A stretch of 64,000 nucleotides of DNA. Source: an uncultured Gemmatimonadales bacterium. GTDB taxonomy: Bacteria; Gemmatimonadota; Gemmatimonadetes; Gemmatimonadales; GWC2-71-9. Position numbers and translations under genes: made by a program. Positions 47,240-57,622 of the stretch are shown piece by piece (positions within the stretch are counted from its first letter, which is position 1; the number at the start of each line of letters is the position of its first letter). The notes beneath the pieces are model-generated. The model had not been told where the DNA came from, did not search any database, and saw only the letters and a program-made list of their open reading frames with translations. Location of the stretch: the NCBI GenBank assembly GCA_963771275.1, contig CAVYSW010000003.1, positions 1,056,001 through 1,120,000 of the forward strand. The letters run 5' to 3'.

Positions 47240-49536
47240 GGCTCGCGCGGGGGGCTCTCGGTGGCCGATCGGTCGTGGTGCCGCGCTCCCCGCGCTCCCC
47301 GCACGCCCGGCCACCAGTTCCAGTCCCCGGCGATGTGCATGAACGCCGGGACGAGCACCATGCGCACCAGCGTGGCGTCGAGCAGGACGGCGGCGGCCAG
47401 CCCGAAGCCGAACAGTTGCACGGCCAGCACCTGAGAACGCGCGAAGGTGCCGAACACGATGATCATGATCGCCGCCGCGCTCGTGATCACCGAGGCGGTG
47501 GCGCTGAGGCCCTCCATGGTCGCCTGACTGTTCTGTCCCGACCGGTCGAATGCCTCCTTGATCCGGGCGAGCAGGAACACCTCGTAGTCCATGCTCAAAC
47601 CGAACACCACGGCAAAGACGAGCACCGGCACGAGGACATAGATCGCCCCCGTCGCCTCCTCCAGTCCGAACAACCGTCCCCCGACGCCGTGCTGGAACAC
47701 GAGCACGATCAGCCCGAACGCCCCGGCGACGGAGAGACAGTTCATCACGACGGCCTTGATCGGCACGAACACCGACTCGAACGCGAGGAACATCGCGATC
47801 GCCGTGATTGCCAGGACCAGCGTGATCAACAAGGGAAAACGGCTCAGCAGCGTATCCTGGAGGTCCACGCTCGACGCCTGGAATCCGCCCACCAGCACGC
47901 GGGTGGAGTCGAGACCGGGGATCCCGGCGCTGCGCACCGCGCGAATGCGGCGTACGACGTCCATCGAGCCCGTGATCGACGTCGAATCCGCGAGGATCAC
48001 CGTCATCCGCGTGGTTTGACCGTCTCGGGAGAGATAGGTCCCGAGGAGCTCGGGATACCGCTCGCGGGCCCGGTTGAGGTCGCTGTAGAGAAGGGAATAC
48101 TGCAGCAGTGACATCCCGCGCTGGAGCGTGATGGCACTGCGGACGTCGCTCACCCGCGGATCGCTGGCGATCGAGTCCGCCAGACGCTGCAGCCCGCGCA
48201 GGTACCGGGTTCCCACGATCTTGGCCCCGTTGGGTGCCCGCACCACGACGTTGATCGGCTGCAGCACGCCCCGGGTCCCGATCCGGTCGAGCGTGTGTGC
48301 GCCCGCCGCCGATTCAGTCCGCTCCGGGAACCAGCCGGCCCTCGGCAATCCGATCCGGATGTTGGCGAGCGGCCAGGTGACGATCGCGGCGATCGCGAGT
48401 CCGATCAGCAGGGCGCGCCACGGGTGCTTGCCGAGAGTCCGGGCCCAGCGCTCCCATCCGGTCGGCGCGTGGTACCAGGCGAGCCTGCGCGCCAGACCAC
48501 GCGGGGCGTCGATCGCGCGGCCGAGCAGCGCGAGCACCGCCGGCAGCAGCGTCACCGAAAGTAGGACGCTGACGCTCACCACGATCACCCCCCCGACGGC
48601 CACCGACCGCGTCTCCATCACCGGCGCCACGAAGAGGCTGGCGAACCCGACGACCACCGTGAGTCCGCTGGTGACGACCGCGCGGCCCGCCGTCTGAATG
48701 GTGCGCTGGGCGGCGTCCCGGCGTCGCAGCCCGCGGTTCATCTCCTCGCGGAACCGCGTGACGATCAGCAGGGAGTAGTCGATCCCGACGCCCAGGCCGA
48801 TCATCGTCACGATGTTGAGGACGAAGACCGACATCGGCAGGAACGCGGCGGCCAGGTGGACGAGCGCGAGGCCGCACGTGATGGCGAACAGCCCCACCAC
48901 GAGCGGAAGCATCGCGGCGACCAACGCACCGAACGCCACCACGAGCACGAGCGCGGCGAGCGGGAGGGCACGGCGCTCGCCCCAGTCCGCGTCTTCCTTG
49001 CTGACCGTGCGGATGTCGAAATCCAGCGCCGGCCCGCCGGTCACGTTGATCGCGTAGTCGGCCCGCGCGGGCAGGCGGTCAGCGGCGCGGTGCACGGCCT
49101 CACGCAGCGTCGGTGTGACATCGGTCGCCGTATCGGCATCGGCCTTGTCGACCGCCGCCACGAGGAAGGTGGCCTTGCGGTCAGGACTCACGAGCGACGG
49201 GTCGTCCGTCGTCTGGGTGGAGAAGACCTGCGTGATGTACGGCTGCGCCCGCAGGACCGCCGCCAGGGTGGACAGGACCTGCTGGTAAGGCGGACTGTCG
49301 ACCGGCATCGGCCCGTCGATCGTGACGGCGAAGAAATGCGTGAAGGGTTGCGGGAAGTCGTCGCGGAGCAGCTCCGCCGCTTCGCGCGACTCGGTGTGGA
49401 ACAGCGGCCGCCCCTCGACATCGAGCACGCCGTGCACGCGCGACGCGCGCGGAATCGCAAACGCCGCCACCGCGACCCAGAACGCGATGACGAGGATACG
49501 GAACCGCACGATGGCGCGAGCCGCGGACGCGATCAC
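47236..49536 (-). CDS. MMPL/RND-family transporter
   Basis: GLGVGIDYSLLIVTRFREE, FGLSMDYEVFL, DATLVRMVLVPA; frame open to 49614, GTG 49536 preferred. Confidence 0.93.
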   Translation of the reverse strand: MIASAARAIVRFRILVIAFWVAVAAFAIPRASRVHGVLDVEGRPLFHTESREAAELLRDDFPQPFTHFFAVTIDGPMPVDSPPYQQVLSTLAAVLRAQPYITQVFSTQTTDDPSLVSPDRKATFLVAAVDKADADTATDVTPTLREAVHRAADRLPARADYAINVTGGPALDFDIRTVSKEDADWGERRALPLAALVLVVAFGALVAAMLPLVVGLFAITCGLALVHLAAAFLPMSVFVLNIVTMIGLGVGIDYSLLIVTRFREEMNRGLRRRDAAQRTIQTAGRAVVTSGLTVVVGFASLFVAPVMETRSVAVGGVIVVSVSVLLSVTLLPAVLALLGRAIDAPRGLARRLAWYHAPTGWERWARTLGKHPWRALLIGLAIAAIVTWPLANIRIGLPRAGWFPERTESAAGAHTLDRIGTRGVLQPINVVVRAPNGAKIVGTRYLRGLQRLADSIASDPRVSDVRSAITLQRGMSLLQYSLLYSDLNRARERYPELLGTYLSRDGQTTRMTVILADSTSITGSMDVVRRIRAVRSAGIPGLDSTRVLVGGFQASSVDLQDTLLSRFPLLITLVLAITAIAMFLAFESVFVPIKAVVMNCLSVAGAFGLIVLVFQHGVGGRLFGLEEATGAIYVLVPVLVFAVVFGLSMDYEVFLLARIKEAFDRSGQNSQATMEGLSATASVITSAAAIMIIVFGTFARSQVLAVQLFGFGLAAAVLLDATLVRMVLVPAFMHIAGDWNWWPGVRGARGARHHDRSATESPPREP

Positions 49537-49710
49537 GCAGCTACCTCTGCCGACGGAGGAGTCCCTTCGGGCCGCCATGCGGTGCCACCGGCGTCGCGGT
49601 CCGAAAGCGGCCAACTGATTGCTGGGCCGAATGATAGAGGTCGGTGGGGCGGCACGCCAGCGCGGGTGACCCCGTGGCGGCGCGCTGGGCGCGGGACGAT
49701 ATTGAGAGCC

Positions 49711-50463
49711 ATGCGGAGTCCGGGTTCCCTGCTCAAGCTCTCGGTCGCCGTCGTCGCGGGCGGCGCGCTGGTCCTGCTCGGTCGGCGCCTAGGGGTGCCG
49801 GCGGCCCAGCCTCACCCCGCCGGCCTGCAGCAAAGCCAGTCACTCGGCGGTAGCGTGCGGGCCGATTCGGCCCGGGCGGTGCGTGCCGCCATCCTGCGTC
49901 ATGTCGCCGGCCCCGACTCGTACATCCCCGCGATGCTCGTGGAGGGCGACTCCGTGCTGAAGCGCTGGCCCGACCGCTCGGCACAGGGCATCAGGGTCTT
50001 CCTCGGCACCGCTCCGGCCGTGGATGGCTATACGGCCGAGAAGCGGGAGGAGGCGCGCCAGGCGTTCGTGCGCTGGGAGCGCGTCGCCGCGATCCCCGTG
50101 CGCTTTCAGTTCGTGAACGACTCGGCATCCGCCGAGGTGCGCGTCCGGTGGATCGAGCGGTTCCCGATTCGGCGAGCCGGTCAGGCCGACATCACGTGGA
50201 ATCGGGGTGGGTGGATCGTGCGCGGAACCCTCACGCTCGCGACGCGCACCCGGGACGGTACCCCGCTCTCCGACACCGCCGTCTACACGGTGGCGCTCCA
50301 CGAGATCGGGCACCTGCTCGGCCTGGGGCACTCCGACGATCCCCATGATGTGATGTACCCCTCGACCGAGGTCCACGACATCACCGCACGGGACCGGCAT
50401 ACGGGCCGACTGCTGTACTCCGTGCCGCCCGGGTCGCTGCGATTGGGCTTCAAGGGCGACTGA
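49711..50463 (+). CDS. Matrixin-family (M10) metalloprotease
   Basis: HEIGHLLGLGHS...VMYP Met-turn; N-terminal anchor. Confidence 0.9.
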   Translation: MRSPGSLLKLSVAVVAGGALVLLGRRLGVPAAQPHPAGLQQSQSLGGSVRADSARAVRAAILRHVAGPDSYIPAMLVEGDSVLKRWPDRSAQGIRVFLGTAPAVDGYTAEKREEARQAFVRWERVAAIPVRFQFVNDSASAEVRVRWIERFPIRRAGQADITWNRGGWIVRGTLTLATRTRDGTPLSDTAVYTVALHEIGHLLGLGHSDDPHDVMYPSTEVHDITARDRHTGRLLYSVPPGSLRLGFKGD

Positions 50464-50474
50464 GCCCACTGCGG

Positions 50475-51983
50475 CTACCGCCGGCCGCTTGGCACTCCGC
50501 CGATATCGACCGCCTGCGCCAGCAGGTACGCGTACTGCGCGTACCGTTCCAGCCCGACGAACGGGAACGCTTCGTCATACTCGTCGGCGGCCTGGTGGTA
50601 GTGGTCCCACCGCAAACGCAGCGCGTGGGAGGAATCGGCCGAGAGGCCTTCGTACGGCGCCGCGCCCGGCACGATGAACACGGCCGGCACCCCGTGCCGC
50701 GCGAACGGGAAATAGTCCGAGTTGGGGGTGGCCGGCGACACGGTGGCGCTCCAACCGTGTGCCAGCGCGACATCCTGTCCCAAGGCGCCCAGCGGCGATC
50801 CCTCGCCTCCGGCCAGGCGCCAGCTCCAGGGCCGGGCGGGCGGCGCGCCAGCATCGAGGTTGATCACGGCCCGGATCCGCTCCAACGGATAGACCGGGTG
50901 CGCGACGAAGTAGTCCGAGCCGAGCAGCCCGCGCTCTTCCGCGGTGAAGAACAGGAACAGCACCGCGTGGCGCAAGCCTCCCGCCGGGCTCTGGCGCAGG
51001 GCTTTCGCGATCGTCAGCAGCATCGCCACGCCGGCGGCGTTGTCCGAGAACCCGTTGTAGATCGAATCGCCGGCTTCATCGGCGACGCTGATGCCCAGAT
51101 GGTCGTAGTGCGCGGTGAGCGCGACGGCCGTATCCCGGACGCGCGCATCCGTTCCGGGGAGGAGGCAGGCGATGTTCCGCGCGGGGATCGGCTGGCGGTC
51201 GAACGCGGGCCGGAGGTCGATCACGCTTCCCCGGTCGGCCTGGAGCGCGGCGACCACCGCGTGGGCGACGCCCGGACCCACGAGCAGGGCCGGCACCGAC
51301 GGGTAGAACGACGACGCGATGCCCGGGTCGCGCAGAATCGTCATGGGCGTGCCCATGCTGGTGGCGTACGCGCGGTAGGTCGCGGTGTCCGGGATCAGCT
51401 GCACCAACCCGATCACGCCGCGGGCGGTCAGCAGTTCCGCCGCGCTCACCCGAAGCGGGCCGATCGTGACCGCGACTTTCCCCTCGAGCGGCGGCAGCGA
51501 GTCGGGTGCCCGCCGGATGTCGTCCCCGGTTCCGACGAACGCCATCTGGCCGGCGAATCCCGCCAGCGCCGCCTCGGTCCCCCCCACCGGGAAGAACCCG
51601 TCGGCCGGTGTGAGCGTCGCGGTATCCGTGCCGTGCCAGATGGTCAGCCGGGTCTCGGCCTCCCGCACCGCCGCCTGGTCGAGCGGGACGTCCTGACCGT
51701 AGCCACCCTCCAGCGGCCGCAGGCCAAGGGCGCGGCACTGCGCCGTGATGTAGAGCGCGGCCACATCGGCCCCCCGACTCCCCGTCCCGCGGCCCTCGAG
51801 CAGATCACCGGAGAGAAAGAAGGTGTGGCCCCGGAGCGCGAGGGTATCGATCAGGCCGGGTGCGAACCGGCGCTGGGGCCCGGCCCCTGGGGGCCCGCCC
51901 GGCTCCGGGGGCCCGCCCGGCCGGGGCATGCATGCCTCCACGATCAGTGCAAGCAGGACCGGACGGAGGTGCCGCGTGGGCAT
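50475..51983 (-). CDS. M28-family metallopeptidase, probable lipoprotein
   Basis: LEGRGTGS, AHYDHLG, NGFSDNAAG, AEERGLLGS, NLD, SDYFPF, YHQ. Confidence 0.9.
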   Translation of the reverse strand: MPTRHLRPVLLALIVEACMPRPGGPPEPGGPPGAGPQRRFAPGLIDTLALRGHTFFLSGDLLEGRGTGSRGADVAALYITAQCRALGLRPLEGGYGQDVPLDQAAVREAETRLTIWHGTDTATLTPADGFFPVGGTEAALAGFAGQMAFVGTGDDIRRAPDSLPPLEGKVAVTIGPLRVSAAELLTARGVIGLVQLIPDTATYRAYATSMGTPMTILRDPGIASSFYPSVPALLVGPGVAHAVVAALQADRGSVIDLRPAFDRQPIPARNIACLLPGTDARVRDTAVALTAHYDHLGISVADEAGDSIYNGFSDNAAGVAMLLTIAKALRQSPAGGLRHAVLFLFFTAEERGLLGSDYFVAHPVYPLERIRAVINLDAGAPPARPWSWRLAGGEGSPLGALGQDVALAHGWSATVSPATPNSDYFPFARHGVPAVFIVPGAAPYEGLSADSSHALRLRWDHYHQAADEYDEAFPFVGLERYAQYAYLLAQAVDIGGVPSGRR

Positions 51984-52033
51984 GGGGTCTGCTCCAATGG
52001 CGATTCGTGAACGTACCTTGCTAAGATAGTGGC

Positions 52034-53155
52034 GTGTCCCTGCTGCTCGCGGTGCTCCTTGCCCTCCAGGGCCAGAACGCGATCGACCACGCGGTGTCCG
52101 CTGGGATCGCCGCCGGAGCGTACCCTGGCGCCGTCGTTGTAATCGGAACGCGCGACACCGTGCTGTACGCGCGCGGCTACGGGCACTACACGTGGAACCC
52201 CGCAAGCGATGTCCCGGATCCGGCGCGCAGCCTGTTCGATCTCGCCTCGCTCACCAAGGTGGTCGCCACCACGACGGCCGCCATGCTGCTGGCCGACCGG
52301 GGCGTGCTCGCGCTCCAGCGCCCGGTGTCCGCCTACCTGCCCGGGTTCGTTGGCCCGGGCAAGGACCAGGTGAGCGTTCGCCGGCTGCTCGAGCATCGGT
52401 CCGGCCTCCCGGCCTTCATCCGGCTCGACACGCTCGCGCGCGACCCCGCCGACGCCCGCCGCTTGGTGCTGGCCGAGCCGCTCAAGTGGCAGCCGGGAAC
52501 GCGCGTGGAGTACAGCGACCTGAACGCAATGCTCTTGGGGTGGGTGGTGGAAGCCGCGGCGGGGACGACGCTCGACAGCTTCGTGACCGCGCAGATATTC
52601 CGGCCACTGGGGATGACCTCGACCATGTACCGCCCGCCCAGGGCTCTACGGCCGCGCATCGTTCCCGTCGGTCTCTGGCGCGGGCACGCCATCGCCGGGG
52701 AGGTGCACGACCAGAACGCGGCGACGCTCGGGGGGGTCTCCGGCCACGCCGGGCTGTACGCCAGCGGCCTCGACCTCGCCCGGTTCGCCCAGTTCCTGCT
52801 CCGCCGCGGCAGGGCCCCGGATGGGACGCAGCTGGTGCGTGGCGGCGCCGTGGATGCCTTCGTCCGCCGCGGCCCGGGAAACCGGGCGCTGGGCTGGGAA
52901 ATGCGGGACACGACGACGCGCGACAACGCCGGCGAGCTGCTGTCCCCGGCGGCCTACGGGCACACGGGATTCACCGGAACGTCGCTGTGGATCGATCCCG
53001 CGCGGGATCTGTTCGTCGTGGTGCTCACCAACCGCGTGTTCGCGCCGCGCACGCGACGCTCGATCACGGAGCTCAAGCGCGTCCGCGGCGAGGTCGCCGA
53101 CGGGGCGGTACGGCTCCGGGAAGCGTGTCGGGTGGAACAACGACCGGGGTGCTGA
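52034..53155 (+). CDS. Serine hydrolase, beta-lactamase/PBP fold
   Basis: FDLASLTK (SxxK), YSD, GEVHDQNA, GHAGL, GHTGFTG. Confidence 0.9.
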   Translation: MSLLLAVLLALQGQNAIDHAVSAGIAAGAYPGAVVVIGTRDTVLYARGYGHYTWNPASDVPDPARSLFDLASLTKVVATTTAAMLLADRGVLALQRPVSAYLPGFVGPGKDQVSVRRLLEHRSGLPAFIRLDTLARDPADARRLVLAEPLKWQPGTRVEYSDLNAMLLGWVVEAAAGTTLDSFVTAQIFRPLGMTSTMYRPPRALRPRIVPVGLWRGHAIAGEVHDQNAATLGGVSGHAGLYASGLDLARFAQFLLRRGRAPDGTQLVRGGAVDAFVRRGPGNRALGWEMRDTTTRDNAGELLSPAAYGHTGFTGTSLWIDPARDLFVVVLTNRVFAPRTRRSITELKRVRGEVADGAVRLREACRVEQRPGC

Positions 53156-53161
53156 GCCCGC

Positions 53162-53521
53162 GTGAACGCTGAGCGCCGCACCGGTCCCGTGGTCATCTAC
53201 AACGAGGCGTGCAGCTTCTGTCGCCGGTGGGCGCAACACCTGCGCCGCTGGGATCGCGCCGGACGTGTCACGCTGCTTCCCCTCCAGGACGACCGCGCGC
53301 CGGCGCTTGCCGGCAGATCGCGCGGTGCGCTCGAGCAGGCCGTGCACGTGGTGCTCCCGACGGGTGAAGTGACCTCCGGAGCCGCAGCGTTGCGCGCGAT
53401 CTGCCGGTTCCTGCCCAATGGGTGGCTGGTGCGCATCGCGCTCTCTCTCCCCGGGGCGCTTCCCGTCGCCGAACGGGTGTACCACTACGTGGCGCGGCGC
53501 TGGGGGCCGGTTGGCTCCTGA
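53162..53521 (+). CDS. DCC1-like thiol-disulfide oxidoreductase (DUF393)
   Basis: YNEACSFC, GAAA, YHYVARR. Confidence 0.8.
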   Translation: MNAERRTGPVVIYNEACSFCRRWAQHLRRWDRAGRVTLLPLQDDRAPALAGRSRGALEQAVHVVLPTGEVTSGAAALRAICRFLPNGWLVRIALSLPGALPVAERVYHYVARRWGPVGS

Positions 53522-53601
53522 TCCGTCCGTCGGTAGCTTCCAGAGAGAAGCCGCCCGGGCGGGCGGCCGGCCGTGACTGCGTCGTTTGCCGAGGTGATCC
53601 C

Positions 53602-53904
53602 ATGCCTGTCACCGAAGAGACCGTGCGGAAGGCGTTGCGCGTGGTCAAGGATCCCGAGCTCAACCTCAACATCATCGACCTCGGACTGGTCTATGATGTC
53701 GAGATCAAGCACCAGACCGAGGTGGTTGTCCGGATGACGTTGACCTCGCCGGGCTGCCCGGCTGGGCCGGAGATCATGACCGACGCGGAACAGGTCGTCC
53801 GCGGCATGGACGGGGTGACCGGCGTGGAGATCGAGCTCGTTTGGGAGCCCTACTGGACCCCGGAGCGGATCGACCCGCGCGTGCGCGCGTTTCTCGGCCT
53901 CTAG
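53602..53904 (+). CDS. DUF59/SufT-like metal-sulfur cluster assembly protein
   Basis: DPELNLNIIDLGLVY, MTLTSPGCP, VWEPYWT. Confidence 0.92.
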   Translation: MPVTEETVRKALRVVKDPELNLNIIDLGLVYDVEIKHQTEVVVRMTLTSPGCPAGPEIMTDAEQVVRGMDGVTGVEIELVWEPYWTPERIDPRVRAFLGL

Positions 53905-53958
53905 GCGCCGTGTCGGTTGGTGCCCTGCGGGTGGAGCGCAGTCTGCCCCCACGGCGTT

Positions 53959-55116
53959 TCAGACCGGGCGCACCGCCCGCAGGATGGCCTCATCCGCCAG
54001 CACCTCGCGCTGCCAGCGGCGCAACTCCGGAATCGCGTCGAGATCGGCGGGCACTCGCGGCGCGGCACGGGCGATCTCCTGCAGGACTCCGTTGGCGCAG
54101 ACCAGCCCTGGATCGAGGCTGACAGCGGGCGCGCGGGCGGCCCGCAGGTCCCGCAGTCGCTGAAATCGGCCGTCCGCTTCCGGATCGGAGCGGGTCCGGG
54201 GTCGGCGCTCCACCCGCGGCCACTCCGCCTCGGGCGTCGCGAGCCCCTCCGCGATCGCCGAGAGCAGTTGGTCGCCGTAGCGCCGCGCGATGCTCGCAGG
54301 CATGCCCGGGACCGCCGCGAGGGCGGCAGCGGTCGGCGGGGCGAGCCGAGCGAGCGCGATGAGCAGCTCGTTGACCAGGATCCTGAAGGGTGCACGGTCC
54401 AGCGCTTTCGCCATCTGCGTACGCCACGACCAGACCGCGCGCAGCACGGCCAGTTGCGGCGGGTTCAGCAGCCTGGCGCCCTTGAGGTCGAGAAACGCGT
54501 CCTGCCCGTTGGCCCGGGCGTTCCACCGCACCTGCTCGAGACGCAGGAACTCCTCCTCCGCCCAGTGCAACCGTCCCAAAGCGCGGAGCCGGTCGGCGAG
54601 TAGATCCCTGAGGGCCGGCAGGTGCGCGGTGTCTGCGGCCGCATAGGCGATCATCTCGTCGGTCAACGGCCGCACCGACCAGTCGGCGCGCTGCAGCTTC
54701 TTGCTCAATCGAATGTCAAAGAACCGCTCGAGCAGGGCGCTCAGGCCGAACGCCTGCTCACCGGCGAGTTGTGCCGCGACGCGTGTATCCCAGATCCGGC
54801 GGGCGCGGAACCCGTAGTCGCGGTCAAGCATGCGGAGGTCGTAGTCGGCATCATGGAAGATCACCTCGATCCCGGCATCGGCGAGGAGGCGACCGATTGG
54901 CCCCAGGTCGGCAATGGCGAGCGGATCCACCAGCGCCGTCTCCCGGTCGGAGCTGAGCTGGATCAGGTAGACCCGATCGACGTACCGGTGGAACGACGCC
55001 GCCTCGGTGTCGAGCGCCACGCGGGTGCCGGTGCGCAGCCGCACGGCCAGTTGTTCAAGATCCTGGGGCTCCGTGATCAGGAGCGGCGAAGTCGGCGAGC
55101 GGAGGGGATCGGTCAT
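53959..55116 (-). CDS. rnd: Ribonuclease D (3'-5' exonuclease + HRDC)
   Basis: ALDTE, LIQLS, HDADYD, DTRVAA, DWSVRPL, YAAAD; HRDC domains. Confidence 0.92.
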   Translation of the reverse strand: MTDPLRSPTSPLLITEPQDLEQLAVRLRTGTRVALDTEAASFHRYVDRVYLIQLSSDRETALVDPLAIADLGPIGRLLADAGIEVIFHDADYDLRMLDRDYGFRARRIWDTRVAAQLAGEQAFGLSALLERFFDIRLSKKLQRADWSVRPLTDEMIAYAAADTAHLPALRDLLADRLRALGRLHWAEEEFLRLEQVRWNARANGQDAFLDLKGARLLNPPQLAVLRAVWSWRTQMAKALDRAPFRILVNELLIALARLAPPTAAALAAVPGMPASIARRYGDQLLSAIAEGLATPEAEWPRVERRPRTRSDPEADGRFQRLRDLRAARAPAVSLDPGLVCANGVLQEIARAAPRVPADLDAIPELRRWQREVLADEAILRAVRPV

Positions 55117-55279
55117 GCCTCATGGAATCATCGCCAGGCGGGTGGCGATCCGGTAGCGACACCGGCTCCTCGAGACGGGCGCCCCCGGTCGCGGCTGCGG
55201 GGTCCGCCGCGCCGGTCAGTTGAAGCCGGTCGGCAGGCAGGTACCTTTCCTGCTCCAGCACGCACTCACGGGGGTACGG

Positions 55280-56488
55280 GTGGCGGTTTCGCCGGTCGAG
55301 CTGTCGGTCTACCCGGACGACTGCGACGCGTTCGGGCACCTGAATCAGGCCAGCCTCCTCACGCTGTTCGAGCGTGCGCGGTGGGAAGCCCTTGCCGCGG
55401 GCCCCGGGGCGGACGCGTTCCAGAAGACCGGCGTCTGGCCGGCCCTGCGCAAAGCCACCGTGGAGTATCTCCTGCAGGTCTTTCCTGGCGAGCGGCTGCG
55501 GTTCGACCTCGTGCTCACCCACCACGGGCACACCAGCTTCGCCGTGCGCCAGTCCGCCCGGAAGGTCGGCACCGACGCGCTGGCCGCGACGGCGGACTTC
55601 GTGTTCGTGTGCGTGGGGCGCGAAGGCAGGCCGGTACAGGTACCACCGGAGGTGAGCCGATTCCTGGGCGCGCGTCCATCGCGCCGCAGCGGCGCCACGC
55701 AGCGGATCTCGGTGCGCGGGCTCGCGCTGGCGGTGGACGTCACCGGAGACGGGCCGCCGGTCCTGTTCGTGCACGGGTTTCCCCTGGACCGGACCCTCTG
55801 GCGGCCGGTGATGGCCACGCTGACGGGGTGGCGGCGCATCGCGCCGGACCTGCGCGGGATGGGCCTGTCGGACGCGCCGGAAACCGGCTACACGATTGCC
55901 GAGTACGCCGACGACCTGGTGGCGCTGCTGGATGCGCTGCACGTTGACCGGGCGATCGTCTGCGGGCTCTCGATGGGTGGGTATGTCGCGTTCGACATGC
56001 TGCGGCGGCACCCGGGACGGATTCAGGGTCTCATCCTCGCCAACACGCGGGCCGGGGCCGACGATGCGGAGGGGCGGGCGCGCCGCGACGCCATGATCGC
56101 CCGCGTCCGACGGGACGGCACGGGATTCCTCGGGGAGGACATGGTGCCGAAGCTCCTCGCGACGACCTCGGTGCAGACCATGCCCGACGTCGTCCGGCAC
56201 GTGGCGGCCATGGTCACCGGAAGCCCGCCCGACGGCATCGCCGGCGCGCTCGCGGCGATGCGTGACCGCCCCGACTCGGTCGACCTGCTTCCGCGTATCG
56301 CGGTGCCCACCCTCGTGGTGGCGGGGAGTGACGACCAGTTGATCCCCCTCGCCGAGTCCCGTGCCATGGCGGGCGCCATCCCTGATGCCCACTTTGCGGT
56401 GATTCCCTCGGCCGGGCACCTCGCGCCACTGGAGCAACCGGTGAACACGAGCCGCGTGGTTCGCGAGTTTCTCGAGTCCCTCCTGTGA
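55280..56488 (+). CDS. Hotdog thioesterase fused to alpha/beta hydrolase
   Basis: DCDAFGHLNQA...ERAR (4HBT/YbgC-like); then HGFP, DLRGMG, GLSMGG, D and GH triad; frame open from 55220. Confidence 0.85.
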   Translation: MAVSPVELSVYPDDCDAFGHLNQASLLTLFERARWEALAAGPGADAFQKTGVWPALRKATVEYLLQVFPGERLRFDLVLTHHGHTSFAVRQSARKVGTDALAATADFVFVCVGREGRPVQVPPEVSRFLGARPSRRSGATQRISVRGLALAVDVTGDGPPVLFVHGFPLDRTLWRPVMATLTGWRRIAPDLRGMGLSDAPETGYTIAEYADDLVALLDALHVDRAIVCGLSMGGYVAFDMLRRHPGRIQGLILANTRAGADDAEGRARRDAMIARVRRDGTGFLGEDMVPKLLATTSVQTMPDVVRHVAAMVTGSPPDGIAGALAAMRDRPDSVDLLPRIAVPTLVVAGSDDQLIPLAESRAMAGAIPDAHFAVIPSAGHLAPLEQPVNTSRVVREFLESLL

Positions 56489-56928
56489 CGAGCGTGAGGC
56501 CGCGGATCCCGTCCCTGCTCTGGGGGCTCGCCCTCGGGCTGGCCGTGCTGACCACCGCGCGGCCCGCCGCCGCCCAATCACCGGAGCAGGCGGCGCAGCA
56601 CGCCGCCGAGCGGTGGCTCGCGCTGGTTGATTCGGCGCAGTACGCGGAGAGCTGGACGCAAGCCGCCGCCGCATTCCGGACGGCCCTGTCGCAGGGCGGA
56701 TGGGACACGACCATGATGCGTGTGCGGAGCCCGCTCGGCGCCGCCCGCTCCCGGGAACTGCTGGGCGCGCAGTACTCGAGCACACTTCCCGGGGCCCCAC
56801 CGGGCGAGTACGTCGTCCTGCAGTTCCGCACGGTGTTTGCCGACCGCACAGCGCCGGCTGTCGAAACCGTTGTACCGATGAAAGAGCCGGACGGCACCTG
56901 GCGGGTTTCCGGCTATTTCATCCGATAG
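56485..56928 (+). CDS. Exported DUF4019-like protein
   Basis: WLALVD...YAESW, LPGAPPGEYV, ETV, GTWRVSGYFI. Confidence 0.8.
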   Translation: MTSVRPRIPSLLWGLALGLAVLTTARPAAAQSPEQAAQHAAERWLALVDSAQYAESWTQAAAAFRTALSQGGWDTTMMRVRSPLGAARSRELLGAQYSSTLPGAPPGEYVVLQFRTVFADRTAPAVETVVPMKEPDGTWRVSGYFIR

Positions 56929-56966
56929 TTGAGCCGCAGCACCACCCGACATCCTCAGAGGACCCC

Positions 56967-57617
56967 ATGCAGTCTCGATCGATCCTGCCATTCCTGCTGC
57001 TCGGCACCCTGATCGCGTGTCCGGCGCGTGATAAGGAACAGCCGAACAAGGAGCAGCCGGCGGCTGACGCCGCTGGGCGACCGGCGGCAACGCGCGACAC
57101 GGTCATCCTGGAGACCGGCAAGGGACGCATCGTGATCGAGTTGAATCGGGAGCAAGCGCCCCAGACCGTCGCGAACTTTGAGCGACACGTGGGTGCCGGC
57201 TTCTACGACGGGCTGGTGTTTCACCGGATCGCGCCGGGGTTCGTGATCCAAACCGGCCGCGTCACGGAGTCCTTCGGCGAGCGCAAGAGCGCGGTGATGG
57301 GCGTCGAGAACGAGGCGCAGAATGGGCTGCACAATCTGCGCGGGACCGTGGGAATGGCGCGGACGGCGGACCCGCACAGCGGCACCAGCGAGTTCTTCAT
57401 CAATCTGGCGGACAACTCCGCGAAGCTCGACTTCACAGCGCCGACGATCCAGGGTTGGGGGTACGCGGTGTTCGGCCGGGTGATCGAGGGTATGGACGTG
57501 GTGGACGCCATCGCGGCGACGAAGCCGGTCCGGCGCGGCACGTTCGGCGAGTATCCCACGGACCCGACGGTGATCAAGCGCGCCTACATGCGGGGAGCGG
57601 CTCCGGCGAGCCAGTGA
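56967..57617 (+). CDS. Cyclophilin-type peptidyl-prolyl isomerase, lipoprotein
   Basis: LIAC lipobox; APQTVANF, FHRIAPGFVIQ, MART, FFIN, YAVFG. Confidence 0.92.
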   Translation: MQSRSILPFLLLGTLIACPARDKEQPNKEQPAADAAGRPAATRDTVILETGKGRIVIELNREQAPQTVANFERHVGAGFYDGLVFHRIAPGFVIQTGRVTESFGERKSAVMGVENEAQNGLHNLRGTVGMARTADPHSGTSEFFINLADNSAKLDFTAPTIQGWGYAVFGRVIEGMDVVDAIAATKPVRRGTFGEYPTDPTVIKRAYMRGAAPASQ

Positions 57618-57622
57618 GCGGG

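Noticed and set aside
52034..53155. Beta-lactam resistance gene
   Set aside because: GEVHD/GHAGL/GHTGFTG pattern fits the broad esterase/peptidoglycan-recycling serine hydrolase group; resistance cannot be inferred
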